A stretch of DNA of 64,000 nt from contig NC_092356.1 in the NCBI RefSeq assembly GCF_963676685.1, forward strand, positions 34,782,001 to 34,846,000. The letters run 5' to 3'. Below are positions 39,240 through 52,583 of the stretch, piece by piece. A model generated the notes under the pieces. That model did no database searches. It saw only the letters and a program-made list of their open reading frames with translations, and was not told the origin of the DNA. Within the stretch, counting starts at the first letter, position 1. Each line of letters begins with the position of its first letter. This DNA is from Mytilus edulis. Taxonomy: Eukaryota. The translations under genes were made by a program, and so were the position numbers.

Positions 39240-39890
39240 TTTGCTTATTGAGAGATGTTTCACTGGCAATCATACCACATCTTTATTTTATATATATTGC
39301 AGGATTTGCTATCGTGCTGCGTGGGTGCAGTATAACGTGTCCCCGTGAGTGTAGTGTATGCCTTTATATTTCTTTTACAGTAAGGGTTTTTGTGCTTGTT
39401 AGAGAGATGTCTACATATTCAATTATCTTTTTGTGGAAAGTTGTCTCATTTGTAATCTTACCACATCTTCTTTTTATAATTACTGCAGGATTTAATACTC
39501 TTCTTGTGTTGACGAGTATAATGTATCCCCGTGCGCTTGTAGTGTATGCCCTTATATTTTTACAGCACGATTTTTTGCTTGTAAAACAACTGTCTACATG
39601 TACATGTTCAATATCTCTTTGTTGAAAGTTCTCATTGTCATCCACACCACATTTCCTTTTTTATTACTTTACTGCATGGTTTGTTACTCGTGCTGTGTTA
39701 ATGTAGTTTACTCGTTCCCCGTGCATATTGTGTATGCCCTAATATTTTTACTGCTAGGTAGGATTTGTTTTTACATTTGAAACAGCTGTCTATATATTTG
39801 AATCATTAATCTCTTGTGGAGAGTTGCTTTTCCATCTTATCGGGTATGGCCCTATATTTTTAAAGTTATGTTGTTTTGCTTGTGAGAGAG
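39240..39890. repeat. Degenerate tandem repeat, three to four copies of ~180 bp
   Basis: Recurring ccacat(c)tt...tgcagga...tccccgtg...gtgtatgcc blocks. Confidence 0.75.
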
Positions 39891-42800
39891 GAAAGAATGA
39901 AAAAAAACATTCAACATGCTAATTAAACACAAAACTTACCAAAGAGGGATACATTAAGCTATACGAACCCCTACAGTTCGACATCCCTCCACAAAAAATG
40001 CGCCCAAAACACAACGTAGCGGGATTAAACGTTTAAATGGTACCAAACCTTCTCTCTTTTCTTAAACAATAGTATTACATCACAACATTGAAAAACAAAC
40101 TATAAAATATCAATTGGAAGGCTTAACTCAATCAAAGTACGGATATTAGCACACAATGAACCAACAAATTTGATCTGTAAGACCTGTATGATACCACTGT
40201 CAAATGTTAAATATAATAATATTAAAAAAAATCATCACTATTGAAAGAACCTGCGTATATTATACACAGGTAAATTAAAATAATTTGGTTGTAAAGTATA
40301 CGTCATCGTCTGTGTGTATCAAATCATCGTCTAGCAATACCAAGAAATTTCTATAATTATATTAATCTGTTACAGATCTTGAGATGTATAGTTAATCTAA
40401 GCGTTCTCAGTTCATCATTCGTTGATTCTGCACAATAGATGGATGACGAAAACTTGGAGTTACATTTTAAAAGAAAATAAAGATACAGTATCAATATATT
40501 TCGTGAATAAATTTGTTCCGAAAGAACAAAACATAGTTATAACTGTCTCTCTACTTTTCACCTTTTTATTCTTTTTTTTTTCACCTATTATTATTGTTTT
40601 TTAATTCATCAACGTGGAGTTCGTTTGATCCCAGTTTGCTCTTGGTTTTGATTCGATTATGACGTCAATTGTTCCTGTGTCACTATGAAAAAGGCGACCA
40701 TGTCTGATGATGTCACATAGAAAGAACCCATTCCGAAGGCAGATCATTTTAAAAACTGGCAGACAAGTCCTTGAAAACAACCGTTGTCGTCAAGCTCTAT
40801 CAACAACAAGAGCAGAGGGAATTAATTAAGTCGTGCATCAGTTGTAAATAACACACAAACGTCTGTAAAATTAATCGGTTAAAAAATCGACGTTGAAACT
40901 ATTTTGTCATGCTTTTTTATTATTGATTTTTTAACTAAACTTTGTAGAATGTGTCAACAATATAATTTCAAAACGACATTGACACATTGCCTAAACTATC
41001 TATTATTTGATATTGCTTTATCTTGTCCGTTCTAAAATCATCAGCAATCTTTTGTGTTTTGCCAAAGCTATGTGAAGCCCATCATGCTTTACTCTAATAC
41101 AACAATTTGAGTGACCACCAGTCATGTCAGTTTGTAGCTGTTTTTGACAGATTTTCTAGTTTGTAACTGTGAATGTACAGCTTCTTTTCATTGTACCCTT
41201 TTCCAAAAAACTCTTACATACTGATTTTAGTAGAGATATGAAGAAATTGTAACTAAAAATTGTTGTTTTTCACAAATGAATGTTACCTCCATTACAAATT
41301 GACCAAAACCCTTAGGCTACACAAATTAACAGTGACATGGTTTTCTTTTTTCAACAGACGTCATATAACGTTAAAAAAATATGTGTCAGAGGCATGAGTT
41401 CAGTGAAAATGTACACATAAAAAAAGAGAAACAAAAACTATCTTTATAAAATTGTGTTTGAAACTTTACGTCTTAGAAAAGTTTCTTCCTACTGGAATAA
41501 AAATCTGACAAATCAATAAATAGACAAAAACACATAATAAGCAAAAGAGATGTCTTTCAAATTTCTGGGTGGAAAATAAACATTTGAAGGTCAGTAATTA
41601 TAAAATTCAAAAAGGGGTATGCCCAGTAAGATCCCTTTTTGTACCCAAAATACAGCAGTTTTACAAAATTGTTAAAATGAAAACTATGTGCTATTTATTT
41701 GGAACTAGAATACTTCTGTTCCACAAATATGGGCTGTTTTTTACAATACAATGCACATGTTCGGGTACTAGTATAATCAAGTTATGCTAAATTACTGAAA
41801 TCGTAACAATTTTAGTACTTCAGGTAATATTACGATCACCCCCAGTTTTTTGGTTGGGTTTCTGTTCCTAAGTCTTTTGTTTTCTATGTTTTGTCTTCTG
41901 TTCTATCATTTATCTTGGTATTTTTAGCCATAGCGTCATGCGCGTTGTCAGTTTACTTTCAATCTATGAGTTTGACTGTCCCTCTGTTATCTTTCGTCCC
42001 TCTTTTCCGTATAAAACAGAAGTGGCTGCATTTATGTTCATTATTGATATTAAAATGTAAATTGTATGTTATTGTAATCCATAACGTATATAAGCTGAGA
42101 CTGAACTTGAATGCGACAGCTTTCATTTTTCACAGAAACCATATGAGAAGTGACATCTTATGGCATATTTGGTAGATTCTGAGCGTCTTTTTTTACTAAA
42201 TCAGTTCAGATCTTTCAGATTCACCAATTGAAGTAGACATGTAAGTTTTTAAAAAGTGTCCAAATTCCGTCATCAGATGAATTTGAAGTTTGAGAAAATC
42301 GGTATATGTTTACAGACTTTTTTTCAAAATCTATGGTAAACATATCCTTTTTCTGAAGGATTGTTTTCTAGGCAGCATTGTACTGCTCAACTAAGAAAGA
42401 CATGATAGACCAACAAGTTTGTTGTACTTAGAAAAAACTAATGTAACTTATTTTTTGGAAATATAAAATTGAAATGATCAGTTATAATTACTATTTTTAT
42501 TTCAGAAAGATAAGTGAAATTATATAAAGTATGTTTTATTGCTTTAAACAGTGTTAGAAATAATTAAGCAAAATTTCTAATTGGAGTGATTGCACATCCA
42601 ATTACAAAAATAGCATAGTAAATTTCATCACCAAGAGCTTATTTATATCAAAACTACAGAAGGTTTCTGGGTTACATTTCTCATTTTTTCTATAATTTAT
42701 TCATTTTTTGTCTTCTTATTTTGACCGCTTATCCTGGCATTCTCTGTATGTTTAATGATTATGGTGCAAGTGTACCTGTTACGATGTAATGTATTGTCCA

Positions 42801-43232
42801 TTTCCATGGCGTTTGAATGTCCCTCTTTCATGTGTATTTTTGAATAGTGTTAGGCGTAATTTATATTTATTTCAGTATCTATGTTATACCATGCTAAAAG
42901 TTATTGTCCTTGTCATGTATTCTGATTACAAAATGTTTCTCTATTCAAACATGGTGTACCAACATTTTCATACAGGTATATGCATAAGTTTTAATGTCAT
43001 TGTCTTACTTTGTATATGATTAATCGCATATATAAACAAAATTGACCTAATCTTAATCATGTATTAAGTAGCTGTGATTACGAAACAAATAAAATTCATT
43101 TTTTCAAAATACTGTTAGTAGATACAGATTTAAATGTAACCTGTGCATACTACCAACACATTTCACAGGCCATTATTTTCACTGCTGGAAAACATTAGTT
43201 GTTTCGGATTGTTGATTCAAGCTTTGATAATA

Positions 43233-44444
43233 ATGGCTGAAGGTTTAGCATTCAGATGTATGCCTCGATTGATTTTAACATGTTTATTTTTTTACATTGT
43301 TAATGGTCAGACGTACACTGATATGAACACTTTATATACCGATATCTTCACAAGTCATCAAAAATCATTTCTTCCAAATGCTGATTTTTCAACAGCTCTG
43401 AATGTAACATTGAAATTGTATTTGGTGGCAATTGTTCGATTTGATGAAGTGGACGAAACTGTGGACGTTTCGACTGGAATACAACTTACATGGGCTGATG
43501 CCGGAATTAGTTGGAATCCTTCTTCGTATGGTAATGCTGAATTTATCATAGTGCGTCACACCGATGTTTGGACACCGAAGATTGTTTTAGTAAATTCCGT
43601 TGAAACATACGAATCAATCGGAAAAGGTTATGATGTATTTGTAACAATTTATTACAATGGCACTGTTGTCATTGCTAACGGCGATGTTATATCTGCAAAA
43701 TGTACAGCAAATGTCTACAAGTTTCCATTTGATTCTCAAACATGTGATCTGAATTTTGTTGTATGGGGAATTTCAGCAACTAACATAAACTTGATAGCAG
43801 ATTCTAACCCGGTTGACCTATCTTTCTACAGACCAAACTCTGATTGGTCGTTGGAATCATCTACAGGTGAAACTATAATTTGGAATGGATATTCTAATTT
43901 TAAAATGACTTTTACAGTAAAACGAGCACCTTTATATTACAGCATGGTAGTTGCTTGTCCTACTCTCTTGTTTAGTGTACTGAATCCACTGGTGTTTCTA
44001 CTTCCGATAGATTCTGGGGACCGAATAGGATTATCAACGACAATTTTACTATCATATGCAATATTTCTGACCATGATCCGATTGGCTGTCCCGGTCACCT
44101 CTAATCCAATGAGTCTTTTATTAGTCATGATGATAGTGACTATAATCTACAGTGGAATCATTGTTGCCGTAACTATTTATACATCCTCACTTTATCATAG
44201 AGATCCAAAACCAAAAATGAACAAAGTTTTTAAATTCTTTGGATCGAAGATACCATGGAGAAAGAGATTATTAGCCATACGACCAATGTCTAAGGATAAC
44301 GAAATAGTAGTTGTAAAATCTGACGCAGAGATAACCATTACCTGGAAGGATGCATGCAATGGACTAAATAAATACATGATGATTTTTTCATATTTCGTCG
44401 TTTTCATTGTTAACGTGGCATATTTCATTGCTTCTTCTGTGTGA
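43233..44444 (+). CDS. Cys-loop ligand-gated ion channel subunit, atypical nAChR-like, single-exon CDS (copy 3)
   Basis: Signal peptide ending VNG|Q, Cys-loop CTANVYKFPFDSQTC, M2 GDRIGLSTTILLS. Closest to copy 2. Confidence 0.95.
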   Translation: MAEGLAFRCMPRLILTCLFFYIVNGQTYTDMNTLYTDIFTSHQKSFLPNADFSTALNVTLKLYLVAIVRFDEVDETVDVSTGIQLTWADAGISWNPSSYGNAEFIIVRHTDVWTPKIVLVNSVETYESIGKGYDVFVTIYYNGTVVIANGDVISAKCTANVYKFPFDSQTCDLNFVVWGISATNINLIADSNPVDLSFYRPNSDWSLESSTGETIIWNGYSNFKMTFTVKRAPLYYSMVVACPTLLFSVLNPLVFLLPIDSGDRIGLSTTILLSYAIFLTMIRLAVPVTSNPMSLLLVMMIVTIIYSGIIVAVTIYTSSLYHRDPKPKMNKVFKFFGSKIPWRKRLLAIRPMSKDNEIVVVKSDAEITITWKDACNGLNKYMMIFSYFVVFIVNVAYFIASSV

Positions 44445-45883
44445 TTATTTTACAAACTTATTTTTTTAATTCGGCTGGTTTGTATAACATATATGTGTGA
44501 AGATATTTTAAGTATTCTATCATTTATCTTTTAATTTATGGTAAAAACATTTCGACGTTACACAGTGTTCACACTTATATTTTGTCATTAATCAAGTTAT
44601 TCTTATTTTCAGATTTGTTTTAACTTCTTGACCCTTAATGATGAATATGATGAAGTAAATCTTTTTAAATCATTTTTTACATTTTTAGAATTTGAATTTT
44701 TGCACATTAAAGCTAAAATGACTTGTTTTGTGAATTCTTTAAATTTTTAATTTTAGAAATGTTTGCACATAAGTCTACATATTACTGGATAGTTGGTCAA
44801 TTTATTTAGTGTTGTTTATGCAATTGTATATATATATATATATATATATGTCTGTTCAAATATGTGATACTACAATCAAATAAATCATTATAACTTGGCA
44901 AAACCAAATAACAAAACACATAAAAAACGAATGGACAAGAACTGTCATATTCCTGACTTGCTACAGGCATTAACAAATGTAGAAAATGGTGGATTAAACC
45001 TGGTTTTATAGCGCTAACCCTCTCACTTTGATGACAGTCTCATCAAATTCCGTTATATTTACAATGATGCTTGAACTAAACAAACACAATAAATAAAATA
45101 GGAAACATATGGGTACAGCAGTCATCGTCGTGTAACAATTCTAAAAGCATCAATTTAACAGAACACAAAAACATCTATGTACAAACATATTCATTGATTT
45201 GCGTGAATGACGTCAGAAAATTTTATACGTCACATATATTTGTCGTTCAATGTACATACAAACAATTAAAAAAATTCACATCTGCAAAGTTAGCATACAG
45301 GGTAATCAGTGACACTGTCTTATTTGTAAGATTACGAGGGTTTATTTGGAATACTATTAGATTGATACTGTTTACATTTTTAAAGTCAATTTTGTAATCA
45401 TTACCAATTTCCGGAGTTTAACCATATAGGTTGAAAAAAAAACTCCGAAGAAAATTCTTCACGGAAAGTCTGAAATCAAGCGTAAAAATGTCAGTACTTT
45501 AGAATCAGTCGTAATTTATCAGATCATTTTTAATAAGAAAGAAAGGATATCCATGTAAAAAAACTATAATCAAGTTTTCAACTTTTTTGAAAAAAAATTA
45601 CCTCATGCACTTAAAAATATAAATATCTATTTAGTATAATGCCTTGTTCATATTGCGTTACATTCATATAAATGGGAAAAAATATTTTAATTGCCTTTGA
45701 AATCTTCTGTCTTCTTGTGCTTGTGACGTAAATCATTATATAAATGTTATGGACACTTGTCTATGTGAAATGATGAAAAAACTGCAATTTCAAGCGTTCA
45801 TATATTTATTTTGTTGAAATAAAGTGACATACAGTTCATTTTAAAACTATACTTTATCATTACTTGTTGTGAACATTTATCAT

Positions 45884-46999
45884 CTATACTATTAAACGAG
45901 AAGACATCATTGTCTGTATCGTATTTCTTCCTTCCACAATACATTATTTATCATGCCTACGTTTTTTTATAGGTTCCATACATAATCGCATTTGTCATCT
46001 ATTCTTAAGATTATTAAGTTTGGGTTAATTTGGGAAGAAAATAAAAAAAAAAGGCGTCCGGATATTGTTTCCGTCATCAGACCAACTTTTAAGTAATACA
46101 AGACTTCTGGTTTTAAACTTGCACATAATTTCAGAAGAGGAATCGGAAAGAATAACAATTTACAAAATAGAAAAGTTTTAACAAAATCAGGATGACGTAA
46201 AGAATGAAACATTAAAAATTTTACGGACGCCATCACGAGTTGGTTGACCGTTATGGAATAACCGTTTCACAAATGATATCGGATATGTTCCTTACGTCTT
46301 AACTACAATCCCCTTCCCTTTCATGAATTTGATCTACCGAATTAGACTTTTTACCGGATTTGTAATCACATAAGCAACACGACGGGTGCCGCATGTGGAA
46401 CAGGATCTGCTTACCCTTCCGGAGCACCTGAGATCACCCCTAGTTTTTGGTGGGGTTCGTGTTGTTTATTCTTTACTTTTCTATGTTGTGTCATGTGTAC
46501 TATTGTTTTTCTGTTTGTCTTTTTCATTTTTAGCCATGGCGTTGTCAGTTTGTTTTAGATTTACGAGTTTGACTGTCCCTTTGGTGTCTTTCGTCCCTCT
46601 TTTAAATAAATAAATTAGTTAGGAACAGAAAAGAAATACAATCTAACAAACTTATAAATTTCTTTCACAGTAATTTATCAATTTTAATACAGTGAACATT
46701 TCCAAATACTTAATATAAAAATAAATAAAAACAACAACAACAAAAACATTAACAAAAAAAACAGATGGTCATTATTCAGAAGTATGTGTTATGATTATTT
46801 ACCTTTGCACGTTAATATAATCTTAATCTGGCTTGCATGGTCAGAAAGTGAGCATTTATTAATTATTGACACACTTTCCGCTACATTTCCCCTTTGATTC
46901 CAATGCAAAACAGGTGGATCAATATAAAGGGTGGGACATTTCGACTGCCACTGATAGATTAATTTGAATTGGATAGGAACTGAAATAAAGCTTAGTACA
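45884..46999 (+). mobile_element. Possible non-autonomous Helitron 5' part (would be the host of the BEL insertion)
   Basis: A|TCTATACTATTAAACGAGAAGAC resembles a Helitron 5' end. A candidate 3' CTAG at 63281 lacks a clean hairpin. Confidence 0.35.
46215..46603 (+). mobile_element. 3' end of another Penelope-like retroelement
   Basis: KFYGRHHELVDRYGITVSQMISDMF, homologous to the RT thumb end at about 34450-34540, followed by a tail also present near 13440-13510 and 41835-42005. Confidence 0.65.
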
Positions 47000-47487
47000 T
47001 GTATCGGATCGATAAACATTATAACTTTGATTGATAATTAATTTTGGATTGTATGGCGATTATTTTAATCTGATAACTTTTCCGATATTAGTATTGATTT
47101 TATGACGGATTTATCCTGAATTGTTGATGTGATAAAGTACATTATACGTTAAGAAAGTGGTGTTCCAAATTATGGAGGTATAATCATGAGTAGAAAGTAC
47201 TGTATACAGACTCGTTTTTCCCCTTTCTCGATTTAACACTGAAATGGTTTTTGAACTTCTTTGTTCATTCTGGAAAACCTACAAGTTAATAGCAAATGAT
47301 TGATATGATATAGGCCGTCAAAGCGTAGTGATATGCACATTATTATTTAACGAATGTTTGAACTGCTTATTGAGTCTAATTAACTGTCATCAATCGCAAT
47401 GTAAACATATTGTCATATTGTTTATTTTTAGGTTGAAACATCATTTACAATAAAAAGTTACAGCTTTTGACGAATTATCTTCATACA
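47000..47487 (+). repeat. 5' LTR
   Basis: Direct repeat of 59460-59834 plus 62571-62717. Confidence 0.95.
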
Positions 47488-47504
47488 TTTCAACGCAAGG
47501 CAAG

Positions 47505-49970
47505 ATGACTGTTGAAGCCGATCACACAAGAGTAACAAAGAAGAAAAGAAGTACGGCCAAAGGGAGATTTCATAGAATATATGGTCGCTTATTAGAACGA
47601 ATACAGGATGATTCGGGGACAATTGTGGTTGAAAAAATACTTCAAGTTTTGGAAACAGCTTACACAGAACTAGAAGCAAGACATGAGGTATTTTTAGAAA
47701 CATTTGATTCTGAAAATGAAGAAAATAAACCAAAGATAAACGAACTTAATCATGATTTAACTGGTATGTACCGAGAACTTTGTAAATCAAGATCATTGTG
47801 TGAGAATATAAGACAGAAGATAAAGCATGAACAAGACAGTAAGTTAAAGGAACAAAACTCAATGAAGCATGCTAAGAAAAATGAAGATACTGAAACGTTT
47901 GAGGTGAAAAAAATAGAGGCTCCTATTTTTGCTGGCAGTATTCGTGATTATCCAAGTTTCAAAGTTGATTATGAAAGACACATGCTATCGTCATACGGTA
48001 AAGATCCTTATGCTCTGAAGCAATGTTTAAGTTGTGAAGCCTTAGCTGTTGTGAAAGGAGTTGACAATGATTTCGAGGAAATGTTTTGTCGTCTTGATAT
48101 GAAATATGGCAGAGCAGAGAAATTGATTGATCACATATTAAATGAATTGAAAAGATAAAAGAAAGTTCAAGAAGGTGACACATGAAGTTTATTTCGGTTG
48201 CAGATACTTTCAAGAAATGTTGGCTTGATTTAAAACGTATGAACCTCGAATCCGAGATAAACACAGCAACTATGGTGAGTCAGATAGAAAAACTCCTACC
48301 GCCTTTACAAAATCGTGAATGGGCATTACGAAAACAGAAGACAGAATCGATAAGTATTCCCCTGAGTTTCAAAGAGTTCTTAAATTTTTGTTAGAGGAAA
48401 AAAGTGCTCTAGAGTACATGGAGTCTTGATTTGCGTGAAAATGGAACAGCAAAAGGAAAGATAAATACTTTGGATGCAAATGAATCCGAAAGCGACGAAA
48501 ATAATATTTTTACCCCCTTACAAGTACAATTACAAGCAAACCAACAAGTGATGAAACAGGTTGTTGAAGGTCTTGCACAGGTAGCGCAAGCAATGTCAAA
48601 CAAACCAACAAGTCGATACAATTCAGAAACACATACCGATACAAATAGAAATACAGAAGGGACGTTTCAATGTTGGTATCACAAATCAGATAATCATGAA
48701 ATAGGTGATTGTTCTATATTTGCGAGATTAGATAGTCAGAAAAAGGTTGATTTAGTGAGAAAAAATGGTGGATGTTTCAGTTGTCTTAAGATAGGACATT
48801 TGTCAAGACATTGTCACAGCCGTAAACCTTGTGACATATAAAATGAACTTCATCAACCATGTGGAAAAATGCATAACAAAATTTTGCACACTGCACACAT
48901 GGATGGCATATCCTTTCATAACTCTACACAGGTGATAAACGATGACAAGAACAAGAGTGGGGGTACTATTGATGATCAGTTCAGTTCAGTGTAAGGACAT
49001 GTCTTTGACAACACTTTGGGTCCCTGGAGCAAACATGTCACTAATCACACACAAAACTGCTAAACGATTAGGATTATCTGGACAAGATATAACATTATCT
49101 GTGACAAAGGTTGGAAATGTAACCGAACATGTACAAAGCAAAGAGTATGTAATACCGTTGACTGACCTTGGAGGTAAGATATGGACAATAAAAGCATATG
49201 GCATGGAGGAAGTTACGGCCGAGGTTGCAAGAGTTGATATGAGTAGAGTCGAACAACTGTTCAAATGTATCAACAAGAATGATATTCAAAGACCAACTGG
49301 CCAAGTAGACATATTGATCGGCACAGATTGTTGTATTTTAATGCATAATAAAGAAGAACAAATTGGAAATCTACAGTTAATGAGAAATCAGGTTGGGTAC
49401 TGTATTCGTGGCAGTCAGCCTCTACTAGAAGTGCCAAAATTGTCAAACCATGGCATAGTCCGTACTTAGTGGGCATCTGGGAAAATGATATTCATGTATT
49501 GGACAGAGACAGTATTAAAGACAAAGTAGATTCACTTTTTGATATAGAAGGGTCAGGGAAACAAACCACATTAAAATGTGGTTCATGTAAGTGTGGCAAA
49601 TGTGCTGTTGGACAATCGCAACACAGCTTAAGAGAGGAGAGGGAATTAAATATCATTAAATCAGGCATGATACATGATGAAGAATCACAGCAATGGATAG
49701 TAAATTACCCCTGGATAAAAAATCCAAACAATCTACCAAATAACGTAAATTCAGCCGAATCAAGACTTGGATCTACCGAAAAACGACTACTCCGAAATTC
49801 ATTAAATTATGCAAGTGCCTACGATGAACAGATTATGGATATGGTGAAACGTGGCATAGCACGGAAATTGACCAAGGAGGAGATTGAGAGACATAGCGGT
49901 CCGATACATTACATACCACATCATTAGGTAAAAACCCGAATCAAAATCGACACCATTAAGAATTGTATTT
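47505..49970 (+). pseudogene. BEL/Pao gag, protease and start of RT
   Basis: KIEAPIFAGSIRDYPSFK; knuckles CWYHKSDNHEIGDC, CFSCLKIGHLSRHC and C..CGKMHNKILH; protease LWVPGA (catalytic Asp replaced by Val); PIHYIPHH..KSTPLRIVF. Stops and frameshifts throughout. Confidence 0.92.
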
Positions 49971-52440
49971 GTATAGTTTTTAATACTAAAAACGCATAAT
50001 TATATGCGAAGTTCGTTTTCTTCGACATTTCGTAATTCTCTACTATCTATAGTATATGTTCAGCGAGTACTTCTAAGTAACTTTGTAATCATTATTTATT
50101 AGATATATTTTCGATAAGTTACCCTCCCACCCATCCCTAATGTTTAATTATTGTACTTGTGAGTTTAATATTGACAGATATAATTTGTGCGGTTTGTTTT
50201 TGTAGGGCCCTCAATTGTGTATACTCTATGTCATGTATGTGTATAAATTATTTGTTAAATGAACTAGTACAATAATTTTCGGCCAAAATAAAAGTTTTAT
50301 TTATCTTGTTTTATATTATGAGCCCAAGATAATTAAGAGGCAATGCCAGAGAAAACCAGGCAGAACTTGGAAATTTTGTTCAACAGCCTTTTTGAGATAA
50401 ATGTGTTTTTGTAATGTATCCACCTTGTTTTGTTGGGAAATTATATTTTTAAAAGTCATTTTGGGTTATTATGTATAAAAAAATTAATTTGATTTTTCAG
50501 TTAATTTGACTGCTTATATAGGGAAATATGGGTATTAAAAACAGCCTACAGTATAACAACTGATATGTATTCTAAAAGGTGACCATGAATAAAGCAGGAA
50601 ATTATTATAACATCTCTGGTATCTGTTGATATGTAAATGTTCTAATGCAGTAAACTGTCGGGAAACAGCAGTTTGTTTTCGACTTTTTGGTGTTTAGACA
50701 TACCAAAAGTGATGCTCTTCAATTTAAAAACCGATAAAGGTTGTAATCAGCTGTTTTGTTAAATGAATTTCTGCTGCATATTTTTATACATAATTGACCA
50801 TTTTGATACGATTTAACAAAAGTATATAACTTTGTGGTGTTAGGAAACTTATTTCCCTCATCAAGAGATTGAAGGATCGCTAGAAACCTAAAGAAGAAGA
50901 TTGTTGCGTACATGTACGGGTGGTCTATTCCTAGACACATTGGTTTGATAAAGGCAGTTACAAATAATTTCTGTACGGGAATGAGGATTATTTATAAGAC
51001 TGAAATTATTGTACTATTTGCTGGAAATGTGGAATATGAGGAATGTAAAGCCATCTGTGAGTAGTTTTGATGATTCAGCTGGAAATGATACAGTTTGCTC
51101 CCACCTTAAAAAAAGTACATGATATATCATGGACAGGACACCAAAGACAAAGAATGATCTAAATGCCATAATTTTTGGCATCTTGAAAACTGGAAAGGCG
51201 GATCTCTTTGAAGCAGATGATAGTTATAATGTATAAAAGAATTTTTTGCGACAGTTATACCAGTTGGAACAGGTAATAGTTTAAATTATGGAAGTTTGAA
51301 CTTACTTCTGGGATAAATTGATACAAAAAGGCATCCATCAAAGCTGGGACTCTTAAACTAGTATAAATAAGTCCCAGATCAAAGCATTCAGAAGATTAAA
51401 TTAATTTGACTAAACATACTTTTCAAAATGTCTTTTTTATATTGAATTAAAATCAAATTATTGTTTGAATTTTCTAGACACATTCATTTGTTTGATGCTG
51501 CTTTATTTTGAAAACTAGAAGTCATTTACCAATTACAATGTTTTCCCAACTGACAATCATGAGGCCTCTTTAATAATCTCAATAAATCCCCACTTTCCCC
51601 CATATTTTTAGTTACAATGTGAAATTATTATCTGCAAATTTATGATCTGTGCTGAATGTAATTTTATACAATTTTATTCATCATGTTCAAACATTATTTG
51701 AACATGTTGAATAGGATAATAATATAAAATAAAAAAAAACAACTATCAGACTCAAAAGTTACAAAAGAAGAAGATTTTGTATGATCATGATGATTGCCAA
51801 TGAGAAAATCACATGTACAACTACATGTATCCTCCATATACACAACAGACCATGTCATCTTATTCATTATGTTTATCATGTTTATCATTAATATGTACAT
51901 GTACATCTTGTACATGTAAGCAACTACAAATGAATACATTTGTATATACATGTAGAATAGATACATGTATTGTATAAAAAGATGTGGTATGAGTGTCAAT
52001 GATACAAATCTCCATCCAAGATTCCAAGTCACAATTTATAAAAGACAATCCTACAGTTATCAGGATAGTCATATATGTTTATGTCAGATATACATGTAAA
52101 CAGTAAGCTTAATTTGTTAAAAAGCAGGAGCAAATTGTTGCTTTTTAAATTATGAGAGTCAAATTTTGTTGTTGTTGTAATTTTGATTGCTACATATACA
52201 ATGTACCTATATTTTACATGACCTTATGACATACGAAAGACACATATATTTTAAAGTGGTAATTGCATATATTTATTTAAAAAAATAAAACTTGTATATC
52301 AAATCTTAAATAATTGTATTGTTAATCCACTATTTAGATGGGTTCTTTTGGGACGGCAATACCTTTGTTTCATAAATTTATTGTTTATTGTCCTTCATCA
52401 TATTCATGTCCTTAGAAACAAAATCTAGACATGATATACA

Positions 52441-52583
52441 CAATGGCGGATCCAGAAATTTTCATAAGTGGGGGCCCACTGACTGACCTATGAGGGAGCC
52501 TGCTCCAGTCATCCTTCAATGATTCCCTATATAAGCAACCAATTTTTTTCCCAAAAAGCCCCCTCCCCCTAAATCCGCCTCTG
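52441..52583. mobile_element. hAT-like MITE with 5-bp TSD ATACA
   Basis: ATACA|CAATGGCGGATCCAG...CTAAATCCGCCTCTG|ATACA. Confidence 0.75.

Noticed and set aside
40727-40760. CTGATGA...GAAA as a possible hammerhead
   Set aside because: Stems I and III do not pair.
46055-46085. Minus-strand CUGAUGA-CG-GAAAC as a possible hammerhead
   Set aside because: No room for stem II and no convincing stem I or III.
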